Of a DNA stretch of 57,491 nucleotides, positions 36,451 through 45,725 are shown piece after piece. The translations under genes were made by a program, and so were the position numbers. Source of the DNA: Syntrophaceae bacterium (lineage in GTDB: Bacteria > Desulfobacterota > Syntrophia > Syntrophales > Smithellaceae); NCBI GenBank assembly GCA_003139775.1, contig PLGI01000075.1:1-57491 (forward strand). Direction: 5' to 3'. The notes beneath the pieces are model-generated. The model was given only the letters and a program-made list of their open reading frames with translations, searched no databases and was not told where the DNA came from. The first letter of the stretch is position 1; each line of letters starts with the position of its first letter.

Positions 36451-37224
36451 TCAGAACAATTTCTTTGCTGCTTTCTCGATAGCTTCTTTTAATTTCGTTC
36501 CACCACCGGACTCAATTGTTTGACGAATATCTTTCAGCTCTTTTTCGTAGATATCCAATACTTTCCCCATTTCTAGATTTCCCATAATTATATCAATATA
36601 AAGTTCAGGACTTTCCGTGAATATTTTTTTTATAATCTCCAGTTTAGTCCGGAAAATTGGCGTGGAAAATTTACTTATTTCCGCAAGAGGAATATTTGTT
36701 TTGGCCAGCGCCAGTCCCAGAGTAATTGTGTTGAAATGATTGAGTGCCTGAACAATCGCCATCATCTTATCGTGCTTTTCGGGAGTCGATTCCAAAACAG
36801 TCAGTTTATTATTTTTAAATACTTCTTTGAGCCATGGCTGCCATTTTTTTCCGCGCGCCGTACATAAAATAACATTCTGTCTGGTAACATCTTTTAACTG
36901 AGGTCCGAAAAGCGGATGACAGCCAATGACTTCGGCCCGCGAATTTTTCAGCATCAGTTTAACCGGTTCTTTTTTCAGCGACGTTAAATCCATCAAAAGC
37001 GCGTTTTTGGCTAACAAAGGACCAACCTGTTTGATAATTTCAGCGGTAGCAGAAATGGGCACAGCAACGACAACCACGTTGCAGAGCCTCGCCAAATCGT
37101 TTATTTGCAGCTTTGTTTTTCTGCCGCAGACATGAACGGTGCAGCCTTCTTTTCTCAGCAAACCGGCAAACCAGTGCCCCATGCCTTTTGTGCCGCCAAT
37201 TATGCCTACATTAATATGTTCCAT
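36451..37224 (-). CDS. tyrA: Prephenate dehydrogenase
   Basis: GIIGGTKGMG, DLTSLK, HPLFGP, HDKMMAIVQALNH motifs. Confidence 0.9.
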   Translation of the reverse strand: MEHINVGIIGGTKGMGHWFAGLLRKEGCTVHVCGRKTKLQINDLARLCNVVVVAVPISATAEIIKQVGPLLAKNALLMDLTSLKKEPVKLMLKNSRAEVIGCHPLFGPQLKDVTRQNVILCTARGKKWQPWLKEVFKNNKLTVLESTPEKHDKMMAIVQALNHFNTITLGLALAKTNIPLAEISKFSTPIFRTKLEIIKKIFTESPELYIDIIMGNLEMGKVLDIYEKELKDIRQTIESGGGTKLKEAIEKAAKKLF

Positions 37225-38297
37225 CTACTGATCGCCTTTTGTCTCAATAAGTGATCTGCTAAAACAATCATGACCATTGCTTCGCAAACCGGCACGACCC
37301 TAGGCAACACACAAATATCATGTCTTCCCTGAATTTTAATTATCTGCTCTTTCCCCCTGAAATCTATAGTCTGCTGCGGTTTGGCTATTGATGGAACAGG
37401 TTTGCAATAAACCCGCAGAACAATTTGTTCACCGCTTGTTATACCCGCGAGCATTCCTCCGGCATGATTTGTTTTAAATCCTTTTTTATTCATTTGATCA
37501 TTGACTTCCGAGCCCATCCTTCGAGCGGCTTCCATGCCCTCACCGATTTCCACCGCTTTTACCGAACCGATGCTCATCAGCGCTTTAGCCAAATCAGCGT
37601 CCATTTTGTCAAAAACTGGTTCGCCTAAACCGGCGGGACAACCACGCACAATAATCTCCACAATCCCGCCCAGCGAATCTCCCTTTTTGCGGACTGCCAT
37701 AATCTTTTTTTCCATAGCTGTCGCCGCCTGTGCATCGGGACAGAAAAGAGCATTATCACGCACAACTTTCTTTAAATTTTTGTCTGACTGCATTTTATCA
37801 CGGTCGATTGCAATTGTTCCGATGGCCTGCGTGTAAGCGATCACATCCATCCCCGCCTGAACAATAACTTTTTCGGCAATAGCTCCCGCGGCAACGCGCG
37901 CGGCAGTTTCTCTGCCGGATGAGCGTCCTCCACCGCGCCAATCGCGAATACCGTATTTTTGCAGATAGGTGAAATCTCCTTGCCCAGGACGGAATATATT
38001 TTTTAATTCATCGTAGGAGGAAGATTTCGCATCAGCGTTTTTGATGATCAGCGAAACAGGAGTGCCCGTGGTCTTTCCCTCAAAAACACCGGAGAGAATC
38101 TCGACTTTGTCACTCTCCTGCCTTGTCGTTGAGGAAACCGACATCGATGGTCTTCTTCTGTCCAGAGCTTGCTGAATATCAGCTTCGTCCAAGTCAAGCC
38201 CCGGTGGACAACCATCCACAACCGCTCCTAAGGCCTTACCGTGTGACTCTCCCCAGGTTGTAACGCGAAAAACGCTACCAATTGTATTTCCGGACAT
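37206..38297 (-). CDS. aroC: Chorismate synthase
   Basis: TWGESHG, RGGGRSSGRETAARVAAG, GRHD motifs. Confidence 0.95.
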   Translation of the reverse strand: MSGNTIGSVFRVTTWGESHGKALGAVVDGCPPGLDLDEADIQQALDRRRPSMSVSSTTRQESDKVEILSGVFEGKTTGTPVSLIIKNADAKSSSYDELKNIFRPGQGDFTYLQKYGIRDWRGGGRSSGRETAARVAAGAIAEKVIVQAGMDVIAYTQAIGTIAIDRDKMQSDKNLKKVVRDNALFCPDAQAATAMEKKIMAVRKKGDSLGGIVEIIVRGCPAGLGEPVFDKMDADLAKALMSIGSVKAVEIGEGMEAARRMGSEVNDQMNKKGFKTNHAGGMLAGITSGEQIVLRVYCKPVPSIAKPQQTIDFRGKEQIIKIQGRHDICVLPRVVPVCEAMVMIVLADHLLRQKAISRWNILM

Positions 38298-38309
38298 AGA
38301 TATTACCTC

Positions 38310-38882
38310 TTAATTTTTGCTTTCTTTAATCTTAACTAAATTTCCTGATTTTCGCAAATATTGATAAATTTCTTCCGCGACCTGCGCAGCACTCTTGCCT
38401 CCAGTATCCACAGTGTGGTCCGCGGCGCTCTCATATAAAGGAAGCCTTTGTCTCATAATATCTATCGTTTCCTGAATAATATTACCGGAAGTAAACTGAG
38501 GACGTGTCGCTCCTTTTCGGGCGTCTTTCTTGAGCCTGTCAATAATATCCTGCAGGGGAGCATTGAGCCAGATAATCACACCTTCCTGCTTTAACAAATC
38601 CACATTCTGTTTTAACAAAGCCATATTCTCTCTAAACAAAACCACTCCGCCGCCGGTGGCGATAACGCAATCTTCTTTTTGCGTCAGATATTTAATTGTG
38701 TCTCTTTCCTTGGCGCGGAAAAAATCCCACCCGTGAAGCGCCACAATTTCTTTGATCGGCATCGCCATGCTTTTTTCTACCATCGCGTCGGTATCCCAAA
38801 AAGCAATTTTCAGCTTAGCGGAAAGAATTCTGCCCACTGTGGATTTTCCTGTCGCCCGATAACCGATTAAGACAACATTCAT
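38310..38882 (-). CDS. aroK: Shikimate kinase
   Basis: GYRATGKST and ATGGG motifs; ATG at 38882 overlaps the aroA stop (ATGA). Confidence 0.92.
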   Translation of the reverse strand: MNVVLIGYRATGKSTVGRILSAKLKIAFWDTDAMVEKSMAMPIKEIVALHGWDFFRAKERDTIKYLTQKEDCVIATGGGVVLFRENMALLKQNVDLLKQEGVIIWLNAPLQDIIDRLKKDARKGATRPQFTSGNIIQETIDIMRQRLPLYESAADHTVDTGGKSAAQVAEEIYQYLRKSGNLVKIKESKN

Positions 38883-40135
38883 ATCTTCTCTAATTCCTTC
38901 CAAAATGAGGGGAATGATTTATCAACGCATTTTTTGTCGCTGATTTCTATGCCGCGGACAACCAAACCGGCAACGGCAAAGCTCATGGCTATGCGGTGGT
39001 CGTTATAAGTCTCAATTTTTGCCGGCCGCATTTTCCCTCCTTGAATAACAAGACCTTCCGGTATCTCCTCGGCTTCAATGCCGGTGCGGTTCAGTTCCGT
39101 AACCAGAGCTGCCAGCCGGTTGCTTTCCTTTATTCTTAAATGCGCCACGTTATCGATAATTGTTTGTCCTTTACGGAAAGCGGACAAAACCGCTAAAGAT
39201 GGCACCATATCCGGCATATCGTTGAGGTCGAAAGTAAAATCACCCTCCGCCAGATTATTTCCGGAAACTTCCACCCAGTTTTCTCCTGATCTTACTTTAC
39301 ATCCCAGTTCTTCCAGAACACTCAGCAACCGGATATCTCCCTGTTTACTTTGCCGGTTAATTCCGGTAACTTTAATTGTTTTTTTTAAAAGCGCCGCGGC
39401 CAGAAAAAAATAGGAAGCGCTGGAAGCATCTCCTTCTATGCGGTATTCACGCCCTTGATAAATTTTCCCGGCGGCAACATGGTATTTATATTTTCCTGTT
39501 TGAGTAATCTTCGCGCCGAAATCGCTCATCACGGCAATCGTTAAATCAATATAAGGAATCGAAACGACACTGCCCAGCAAAATTAAATCCATGCCTTTGG
39601 GCGTGTAAGGCGCACAAAGAAGCAGCGCCGACACGTATTGCGAACTTTCGATATCCTGTAGAGTTATTTTTCCTCCGGTCAGGCCGTTGGCATTTATTTC
39701 CACCGGAGGACAATTGTTCCGGGAAGAAATATCAGCGCCCATGTTTTGCAGCGCTTCCACCAAAGCACCTACAGGCCTTTCGCAGAGCCGTTTTTCGCCG
39801 GTTAAGACATATTTTCCTTTGCCCAGACAGACCAGCGCCGTAAGAAATCGCAACGCGGTGCCGTTATTTCCCAGAAATAATTCTTTGCCGCCGTTTATTA
39901 TTTTGCCCGCCGTGCCGGAAATAAAAAAACCGCCTTTCGCGGAAACAATTTGCGCGCCTAACGCCCGCAAGCCTTCAATCAAATGCAGTGAGTCCTGAGC
40001 GATAAGGGCGTTGTTGATGAAAGAATTATTCTGTGCCAAAGCGGCAGCCACCAGCGCCCGCTGGGTCAGGCTTTTGGAACCGGGAACACAAACGGTCGCA
40101 GAAACTTCCTTAAAATGAGCATCGTCGTTATTCAA
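38879..40135 (-). CDS. aroA: EPSP synthase
   Basis: PGSKS, GNNGTALRF, SSQYVSALL, LRIKESNR, NDHRIAM, KSFP motifs. Confidence 0.95.
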   Translation of the reverse strand: MNNDDAHFKEVSATVCVPGSKSLTQRALVAAALAQNNSFINNALIAQDSLHLIEGLRALGAQIVSAKGGFFISGTAGKIINGGKELFLGNNGTALRFLTALVCLGKGKYVLTGEKRLCERPVGALVEALQNMGADISSRNNCPPVEINANGLTGGKITLQDIESSQYVSALLLCAPYTPKGMDLILLGSVVSIPYIDLTIAVMSDFGAKITQTGKYKYHVAAGKIYQGREYRIEGDASSASYFFLAAALLKKTIKVTGINRQSKQGDIRLLSVLEELGCKVRSGENWVEVSGNNLAEGDFTFDLNDMPDMVPSLAVLSAFRKGQTIIDNVAHLRIKESNRLAALVTELNRTGIEAEEIPEGLVIQGGKMRPAKIETYNDHRIAMSFAVAGLVVRGIEISDKKCVDKSFPSFWKELEKI

Positions 40136-41696
40136 TTTGAGTTAACCTCTTCAATATTACTTTTTTCATCAGCGCGCGGGGCGGCTCGACGCCCGTCCAC
40201 AGACGTAATTGCTGGGCTCCCTGATGAACAAACATATCCAATCCAGAAAAAATATGACAGCCCTGTTTTTCGGCGTCAGCCAGTAATTTAGTCTTGAGCG
40301 GATTATAGATAACATCCATCACATATCTAAATCCGGCCAGCGCCGACGCCTTCACCGGAGATTTATCTTTAGGATACATGCCCACAGGCGTTGTGTTGAT
40401 CAGGCAGTCAGCCTTGATCCTGCCGATTTCGGCAAGAGGATAAAACGGGCAATTCAATTTGCCGGAAAGAATCTTTCCTTTTTCCGGCGTGCGATTAACA
40501 ATAACCGGAAATCCGCCCTCCTTCATTATTCCATATGCCGCCGCTCGCGCTGTTCCGCCCGCACCAATGATTACAAAAGTTTTACCTTTAATCGGCATTG
40601 CTTCTTGGAGCGTAAGAATCATTCCCAGCCAATCGGTGTTGCAACCAGTCAGGCGGCTACTTTTGCTGATAATTGTATTTACCGCTCCGATTTTCAGAGC
40701 ATCATCGTCAATATCATCCAGATATTCCATGACCGCGACTTTAAAGGGTATGGTTACACTGGCGCCGCGGATATTCATTGCTCTCATACCCTGCAACGCG
40801 CCGCCCAAATCATCAACGCAAAACGCACAGTAGTTTCCTTCGATTCCCATTTCTTTAAAAGCAGCGTTGTGCATCATTGGAGAAAGGCTTTGCCTCACCG
40901 GGTTACCCAATAAAATATAATTCTGTGGCTGAGGTGTCGACGTAGATAAAACTGTTACTGAAGGAGTCCGTTCGCCTGCAAGCAATTCATTAATTTGTTT
41001 CATCTCGTAAATGGTGAACTGTCCCGGCGCGGATTGACCTTCTTGCTCCAGTGTGGCAAAGCTCAAATAATTTCCCAATAGAGGCGCTACGGCACGACTG
41101 ATGCGGCCTTTATCTCCCATGCACAAGGAAATAAGTTCCGGAGAATGCTTCCGCGCATAGGAGATCAAGCTGAGAGTCACTAGATTATCTTTGGCAGTTT
41201 TAGCGAAAGTAACGATTTTCACAACGGCTGGTTTGGCCTTGGCGCATTGATGAAATATTTCTTTTAATTTTGTCAGTGCCGGAGTCTCTTTAAGATTATG
41301 ATAAGAAACTATAATTTTTGTTTTCCCCCTGTGTTCTGCACAAAAAGACTGGAGTTCCTTAATTGCCGCGCGTCCTTCCGCAAGTTCGATATCAACAAAA
41401 TCCGCACCCAGTTCAATTGCCTCTTTGAGCAAAGCTATTTTCCGGTCAATAGTCTTTTTCCCGACACCTTTGATACCTGCTGTCCCTCCGGCAGGAGCCG
41501 CCTCCTCTTTTTTGCGGCATGTAACAATTATTTTAATCAAACCGGAACTGTTGCGAGCGGTAGAAATCAATTCCGCAAGCGATCCATCCTCGATCAAATC
41601 CATTCTCAATTCGATAAAATCGGCAAGCCGGCAACTTCTTTCTATGGTATGCAAAGCTTCTTTTTTTTTGCCGGCCGTAATGGGAATACAAATCAT
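40128..41696 (-). CDS. Fused type I 3-dehydroquinate dehydratase / shikimate dehydrogenase (AroD-AroE)
   Basis: N-terminal half has ELRMD, DIEL, VSYH, SAPGQ; C-terminal half has SLSP.MHN, VTIPFK, GAVNT, NTD, GAGG. Confidence 0.9.
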   Translation of the reverse strand: MICIPITAGKKKEALHTIERSCRLADFIELRMDLIEDGSLAELISTARNSSGLIKIIVTCRKKEEAAPAGGTAGIKGVGKKTIDRKIALLKEAIELGADFVDIELAEGRAAIKELQSFCAEHRGKTKIIVSYHNLKETPALTKLKEIFHQCAKAKPAVVKIVTFAKTAKDNLVTLSLISYARKHSPELISLCMGDKGRISRAVAPLLGNYLSFATLEQEGQSAPGQFTIYEMKQINELLAGERTPSVTVLSTSTPQPQNYILLGNPVRQSLSPMMHNAAFKEMGIEGNYCAFCVDDLGGALQGMRAMNIRGASVTIPFKVAVMEYLDDIDDDALKIGAVNTIISKSSRLTGCNTDWLGMILTLQEAMPIKGKTFVIIGAGGTARAAAYGIMKEGGFPVIVNRTPEKGKILSGKLNCPFYPLAEIGRIKADCLINTTPVGMYPKDKSPVKASALAGFRYVMDVIYNPLKTKLLADAEKQGCHIFSGLDMFVHQGAQQLRLWTGVEPPRALMKKVILKRLTQIE

Positions 41697-42775
41697 AACG
41701 CGCCTTCATTTTTCGGGTATGAACCCAGTATTTTCAGAAAAGTTGTTTTTTTCTTCAATTCCTCCAAACAGCTCTTTACCTGTTCGTCTTTTATATGACC
41801 TATCATATCCACGAAAAAGCTGTATTCCCATAATTTCTCTTTTACCGGATGCGATTCTATTTTTGCCAGATTAATTTTTCGCCGCGCGAATGATGCCAGC
41901 GCACTGTGAAGCGAACCGGGTGAATGAGGCGTGGCAAAAATCAGGGAAGTCTTATCATTGCCCGTAACTGTATTTTCTCCTCTGCCTATAACCAAAAAAC
42001 GCGTCATATTGGAAGAATTATCTTCAATTCCTTCCGCCAGCAGATTCAGTCCGTACATCTGGCCGGCAAGAGAACTGCCTATTGCCGCTTCATTTTTTTT
42101 CCCCCGCACTATTTGAACCGCGGCTGCTGTGCTTTCCGCTTCGCTCAGTATGCAATTGGGCAAATTGGTTTTTAACCATATCTGACACTGAGCCAGAGCT
42201 TGCGGGTGAGAATAAATTTTCTTAATATCTTTCATACTTTTGGTTGAAGATATAAGGCATTGGCTGATCCGCAGATAAATCTCCGCCTTGATTTTCAGCG
42301 GGGTCGTAATCAGCAGGTCAAGCGTTATGTTCACCGATCCTTCCAGCGAATTTTCTATGGGGACGACGCCCCAGTTCACAAAGCCTTTTTCCACTTCATC
42401 AAATACACGATCAATCCTTGGCTGAGGGAAATAACGGCTGGAATCACCAAAGTGCAAACGAGCCGCCAAATGCGTAAAAGATGCTTCCGCGCCGAAAAAA
42501 GCTACGGTCATTGGTTTTTGCAATTCACGCGAAGTGGAAATAATTTCCCGGAAAATCGATGTTACCGCTTCCCGCGGCAGAGGACCGGAATTTAGTTCCT
42601 GCAGATAGCCGTGAACCCTTGCTTCCTGAGCGGGATCGTATACGTCAATTCCGCCTTCGCCTTTAACCTTGCCGATCTGGACTGATATTTGCGCCCTTTC
42701 ATTCAACAAACGGATAATCTCCCGGTCTTTCTCCTTCATGTTTTCTCTTAAGTCTTCCAACTTTCGCGGTTTCAT
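41693..42775 (-). CDS. pheA: Chorismate mutase / prephenate dehydratase
   Basis: AroQ N-terminal domain, VPIENSLEG, SHPQALAQC, TRFLVIG, ACT domain IESHP. Confidence 0.93.
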   Translation of the reverse strand: MKPRKLEDLRENMKEKDREIIRLLNERAQISVQIGKVKGEGGIDVYDPAQEARVHGYLQELNSGPLPREAVTSIFREIISTSRELQKPMTVAFFGAEASFTHLAARLHFGDSSRYFPQPRIDRVFDEVEKGFVNWGVVPIENSLEGSVNITLDLLITTPLKIKAEIYLRISQCLISSTKSMKDIKKIYSHPQALAQCQIWLKTNLPNCILSEAESTAAAVQIVRGKKNEAAIGSSLAGQMYGLNLLAEGIEDNSSNMTRFLVIGRGENTVTGNDKTSLIFATPHSPGSLHSALASFARRKINLAKIESHPVKEKLWEYSFFVDMIGHIKDEQVKSCLEELKKKTTFLKILGSYPKNEGAL

Positions 42776-43866
42776 TTTTTCATCTCCTCAAGCACTGCCG
42801 TGATCAGTTTCGGTTCAATGTTTCCGTTGATAAAAGGCATTCCTATTTTCTTTAACAAAACAAAATGGATTATGTCACCTTTTTTTTTCTTATCCATCTG
42901 CAACAGGGGAATAATACTATCGCCAGTAAAAGACTCCGGTATTTTTCCGGGCAGGCCCGCACTGTGGATAAGAGCTTCGATGCGTTTGGTTTCATTGTCT
43001 TTGAGGTAACCCATTTTTTCGGAAAGACGCGCCGCCACAATCATTCCCAGAGCTACGCCTTCGCCATGCGTTATTGTATATTGGGAAATTGTTTCCAGCG
43101 CATGCCCCAGCGTGTGACCGAAATTAAGAATACGCCGCAGGCCCTGCTCTTTTTCATCAATTTCGACAATTGATTTTTTGATCTGACAGCAGGTTTCCAC
43201 AATATTCAGCAACAGCTTCGAATCTTTTAATTTTATCGCCTCCATATTGCTCTCGAGAGTATGAAACATTTTTTCATCGTCAATAGCGCCGTATTTAATA
43301 ATTTCCGAAAGCCCGTTGTTAAATTCTCTTTCCGGAAGCGTTTCTAAAAAACTCAAATCCGTGAACACGGCGCACGGCTGGTAAAAAGTCCCCAGCAGAT
43401 TTTTCCCGTGGGGAAGGTCGATACCTGTTTTTCCGCCGATGCTGCTGTCCACTTGCGCGACCAGCGTGGTTGGAATCTGAATGTAAGGTATAGAACGCAT
43501 AAATATAGAAGCAATTAAACCGACGATGTCGCCGACAACTCCGCCGCCTAAGGCAATCAGACAAGTCTCGCGGTCAGCTTCTAATTTAAGCAATTTCCCC
43601 GCAATATCCAGCACGGTGTTAATATTTTTGGAAGCCTCGCCGACGGGAAATTCGATCAGATATACATTTAATCCGACATCTTTTAAACTGGAAAGAAGTT
43701 TTTGCCCGTAAAGACTGCCGACACAATTGTCAGTAATCACCACATATCGCCCCGCGTTATGACTTTTGGCAATAATCGGCGCCATCCGGTCGATTATGTC
43801 TTTACCGATGCGAATTTCATAAGATGATAGAACCTTCTTATCAAGATTAACTTTTATCGATCGCAT
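42772..43866 (-). CDS. aroB: 3-dehydroquinate synthase
   Basis: GGGVVGD, PTTLVAQVDSSIGGKTG, LNFGHTLGHA, HGEGV motifs. Confidence 0.95.
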   Translation of the reverse strand: MRSIKVNLDKKVLSSYEIRIGKDIIDRMAPIIAKSHNAGRYVVITDNCVGSLYGQKLLSSLKDVGLNVYLIEFPVGEASKNINTVLDIAGKLLKLEADRETCLIALGGGVVGDIVGLIASIFMRSIPYIQIPTTLVAQVDSSIGGKTGIDLPHGKNLLGTFYQPCAVFTDLSFLETLPEREFNNGLSEIIKYGAIDDEKMFHTLESNMEAIKLKDSKLLLNIVETCCQIKKSIVEIDEKEQGLRRILNFGHTLGHALETISQYTITHGEGVALGMIVAARLSEKMGYLKDNETKRIEALIHSAGLPGKIPESFTGDSIIPLLQMDKKKKGDIIHFVLLKKIGMPFINGNIEPKLITAVLEEMKK

Positions 43867-43882
43867 ATATTCACTCCGTTAT

Positions 43883-44893
43883 TTAATGTCTCATTGCCGT
43901 AGTAATTGCTCTTAATTCGTCCATCAATTGGTAGAACTTTTCCGGTTTCAAAGATTGCATTCCGTCGGAAACTGCTTTTTCCGGTTGGGGATGAACTTCT
44001 ACTATAAGACCATCGGCGCCGACAGCCGCAGCAGCACGGGACAGCGGAATCACATATTGCCAATGACCGGCAGCATGACTGGGATCGACAATAACCGGCA
44101 GATGCGTCAAACCCTTCAACACCGGAACAGCGCTTAAATCCAGAGTGTTTCTTGTGGCCGTTTCAAACGTCCTGATGCCGCGTTCGCAGAGAATAACATT
44201 AGGGTTACCTGAGGAAAGAATATATTCCGCCGACATGAGCAACTCTTCAATAGTGGTCATCATCCCTCTTTTTAAAAGCACCGGCTTTTTCGAATGGCCG
44301 ACTTCTTTGAGCAAGGCAAAATTCTGGGTATTGCGCGCGCCGATTTGCAGCATGTCGGCGTAAGATTCCACAAGATCAACATCAGCGGGATTGACCACTT
44401 CAGTGACCGTCGGCAGACTCGTTTTCACACTAACCTTATTTAATACTTTCAAGCCTTCTTCTTCCATACCCTGGAAGCTGTATGGCGAAGTGCGCGGTTT
44501 GTAGGCGCCGCCTCTAAGAATCTGGGCGCCGCCCTTTATGGCGACATAGGCGGACTCCAGTAATTGCTCTTCGCTTTCAATAGCACAGGGGCCTGCTATT
44601 ACCACGAATTCCGGGCCGCCGATTTTAATTGGACCTACGGAAACCACGGTATTACCTTCGTGCGATTCACGGCTTGCCAACTTGTATGGTTTTAAAATCG
44701 GCATGGTTTTTTCTACCCCTGGTAAGGATTCCGCGTATTTAAGGATCCCCTTGTCGCGATTGTCACCGACTGCTCCGATAATTGTCCGTTCAACACCGAT
44801 TGAAGGATGCGCTTTGTATCCGACAGATTCAATCCAGTGAATCACATCTTCAATTTGCTTTTCTGTAGCTTGATTTTTCATTACAATGATCAT
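43883..44893 (-). CDS. aroF: DAHP synthase (class I-beta, N-terminal regulatory domain)
   Basis: AGPCAIES, KPRTSPYSFQG, QIGARN, LLKRG, CERGIRTF, DPSH motifs. Confidence 0.93.
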   Translation of the reverse strand: MIIVMKNQATEKQIEDVIHWIESVGYKAHPSIGVERTIIGAVGDNRDKGILKYAESLPGVEKTMPILKPYKLASRESHEGNTVVSVGPIKIGGPEFVVIAGPCAIESEEQLLESAYVAIKGGAQILRGGAYKPRTSPYSFQGMEEEGLKVLNKVSVKTSLPTVTEVVNPADVDLVESYADMLQIGARNTQNFALLKEVGHSKKPVLLKRGMMTTIEELLMSAEYILSSGNPNVILCERGIRTFETATRNTLDLSAVPVLKGLTHLPVIVDPSHAAGHWQYVIPLSRAAAAVGADGLIVEVHPQPEKAVSDGMQSLKPEKFYQLMDELRAITTAMRH

Positions 44894-44913
44894 GATTTTC
44901 CCCTCCTGAAATT

Positions 44914-44988
44914 AAAAAAGGCCATGGCTTTTGCCGCCATGGCCTTAAAAAAGAAAAGCCATGGGAGCTCTTCGATCTACCCATGGCT
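44914..44988 (-). terminator. Two tandem intrinsic terminator hairpins (attenuator) upstream of aroF
   Basis: Minus strand: AGCCATGGG..CCCATGGCT-TTTCTTTTTT, then AAGGCCATGGC..GCCATGGCCTT-TTTT. Confidence 0.8.
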
Positions 44989-45006
44989 GTTTTGGTTTAT
45001 TTAACC

Positions 45007-45105
45007 TTAACAAGTCCTCCTCAGCGACGGGCAGACCAATACAAAATAGGTATAAAACCAATAACCATAAATATTGTTGTTTGCAGTTAGTTTTCTGTCC
45101 ATCAT
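45007..45105 (-). CDS. Aromatic amino-acid attenuator leader peptide (32 aa, absent from the ORF track)
   Basis: MMDRKLTANNNIYGYWFYTYFVLVCPSLRRTC*; YGYWFYTYF cluster; RBS AGAGGA; lies between the promoter and the terminators. Confidence 0.8.
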   Translation of the reverse strand: MMDRKLTANNNIYGYWFYTYFVLVCPSLRRTC

Positions 45106-45131
45106 GAAAAACCTGTCCTCTATTTGAAAGA

Positions 45132-45160
45132 TATATAATCAAACTAAAAATATTTGTCAA
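45132..45160 (-). promoter_or_regulatory. sigma70-type promoter of the aro operon leader
   Basis: TTGACA-17 nt-TATATA. Confidence 0.6.
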
Positions 45161-45253
45161 GAGAAAATTTAAAGAGTGTTAATTTAAAAGAATGCGCTTT
45201 TTCTTAAAAATACTTTTAAGTGTTTCACAAAGTTTCAGTAGAGGGTGTCTATA

Positions 45254-45404
45254 CCACTCCGCTGCGCTTCGGGGATAATTAGACTTATGCTTCAAACTGC
45301 ACTGCTCTTTTACCACGGCGCTACGCGCCTGGTATAATTCGTCCAGCAAGCTTCAGTGCACTTTGTTTCTGAAGCTTGGGTCTCATTATCAGCTTGTCTC
45401 ATTA
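45254..45404. repeat. Mosaic family 2 element (reverse orientation)
   Basis: Same modules as 21031-21258 in a different order. Confidence 0.7.
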
Positions 45405-45600
45405 GAATTGAGGATTACTGGTGGAAGAACTAAACCGCTGCGCGGTAGATATATAAGGTTGGTGCAGAAGCACCATTTTTTTATTGACAAGCCCATTCGA
45501 TCTGGTATTAAAGGGTTGTTTTTGATAAGTATTAGTAAATTATGGGAGAAGATCCTCTATTGAAACCCCATAGCCCACAACACGCGGCTTAGTTCTTCAT

Positions 45601-45673
45601 GCGTCAATCCAAAATTGAACCAACATCTCGAATATGAATCTGTCTGTCTGTTACCTCAACTTCGGATTGACGC
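45601..45673. repeat. Short element with imperfect terminal inverted repeats
   Basis: GCGTCAATCCAAAATTGA ... TCAACTTCGGATTGACGC. Confidence 0.5.
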
Positions 45674-45725
45674 TTATTCGAAAGGTGCAACGAAAAATTA
45701 GCCGGAATGTTATTTGGCAAAAGGT

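Noticed and set aside
44945-45160. 71-aa ORF upstream of aroF in the ORF track
   Set aside because: It starts within the -35 box and runs through a terminator; the 32-aa aromatic-rich frame with an RBS is the credible one.
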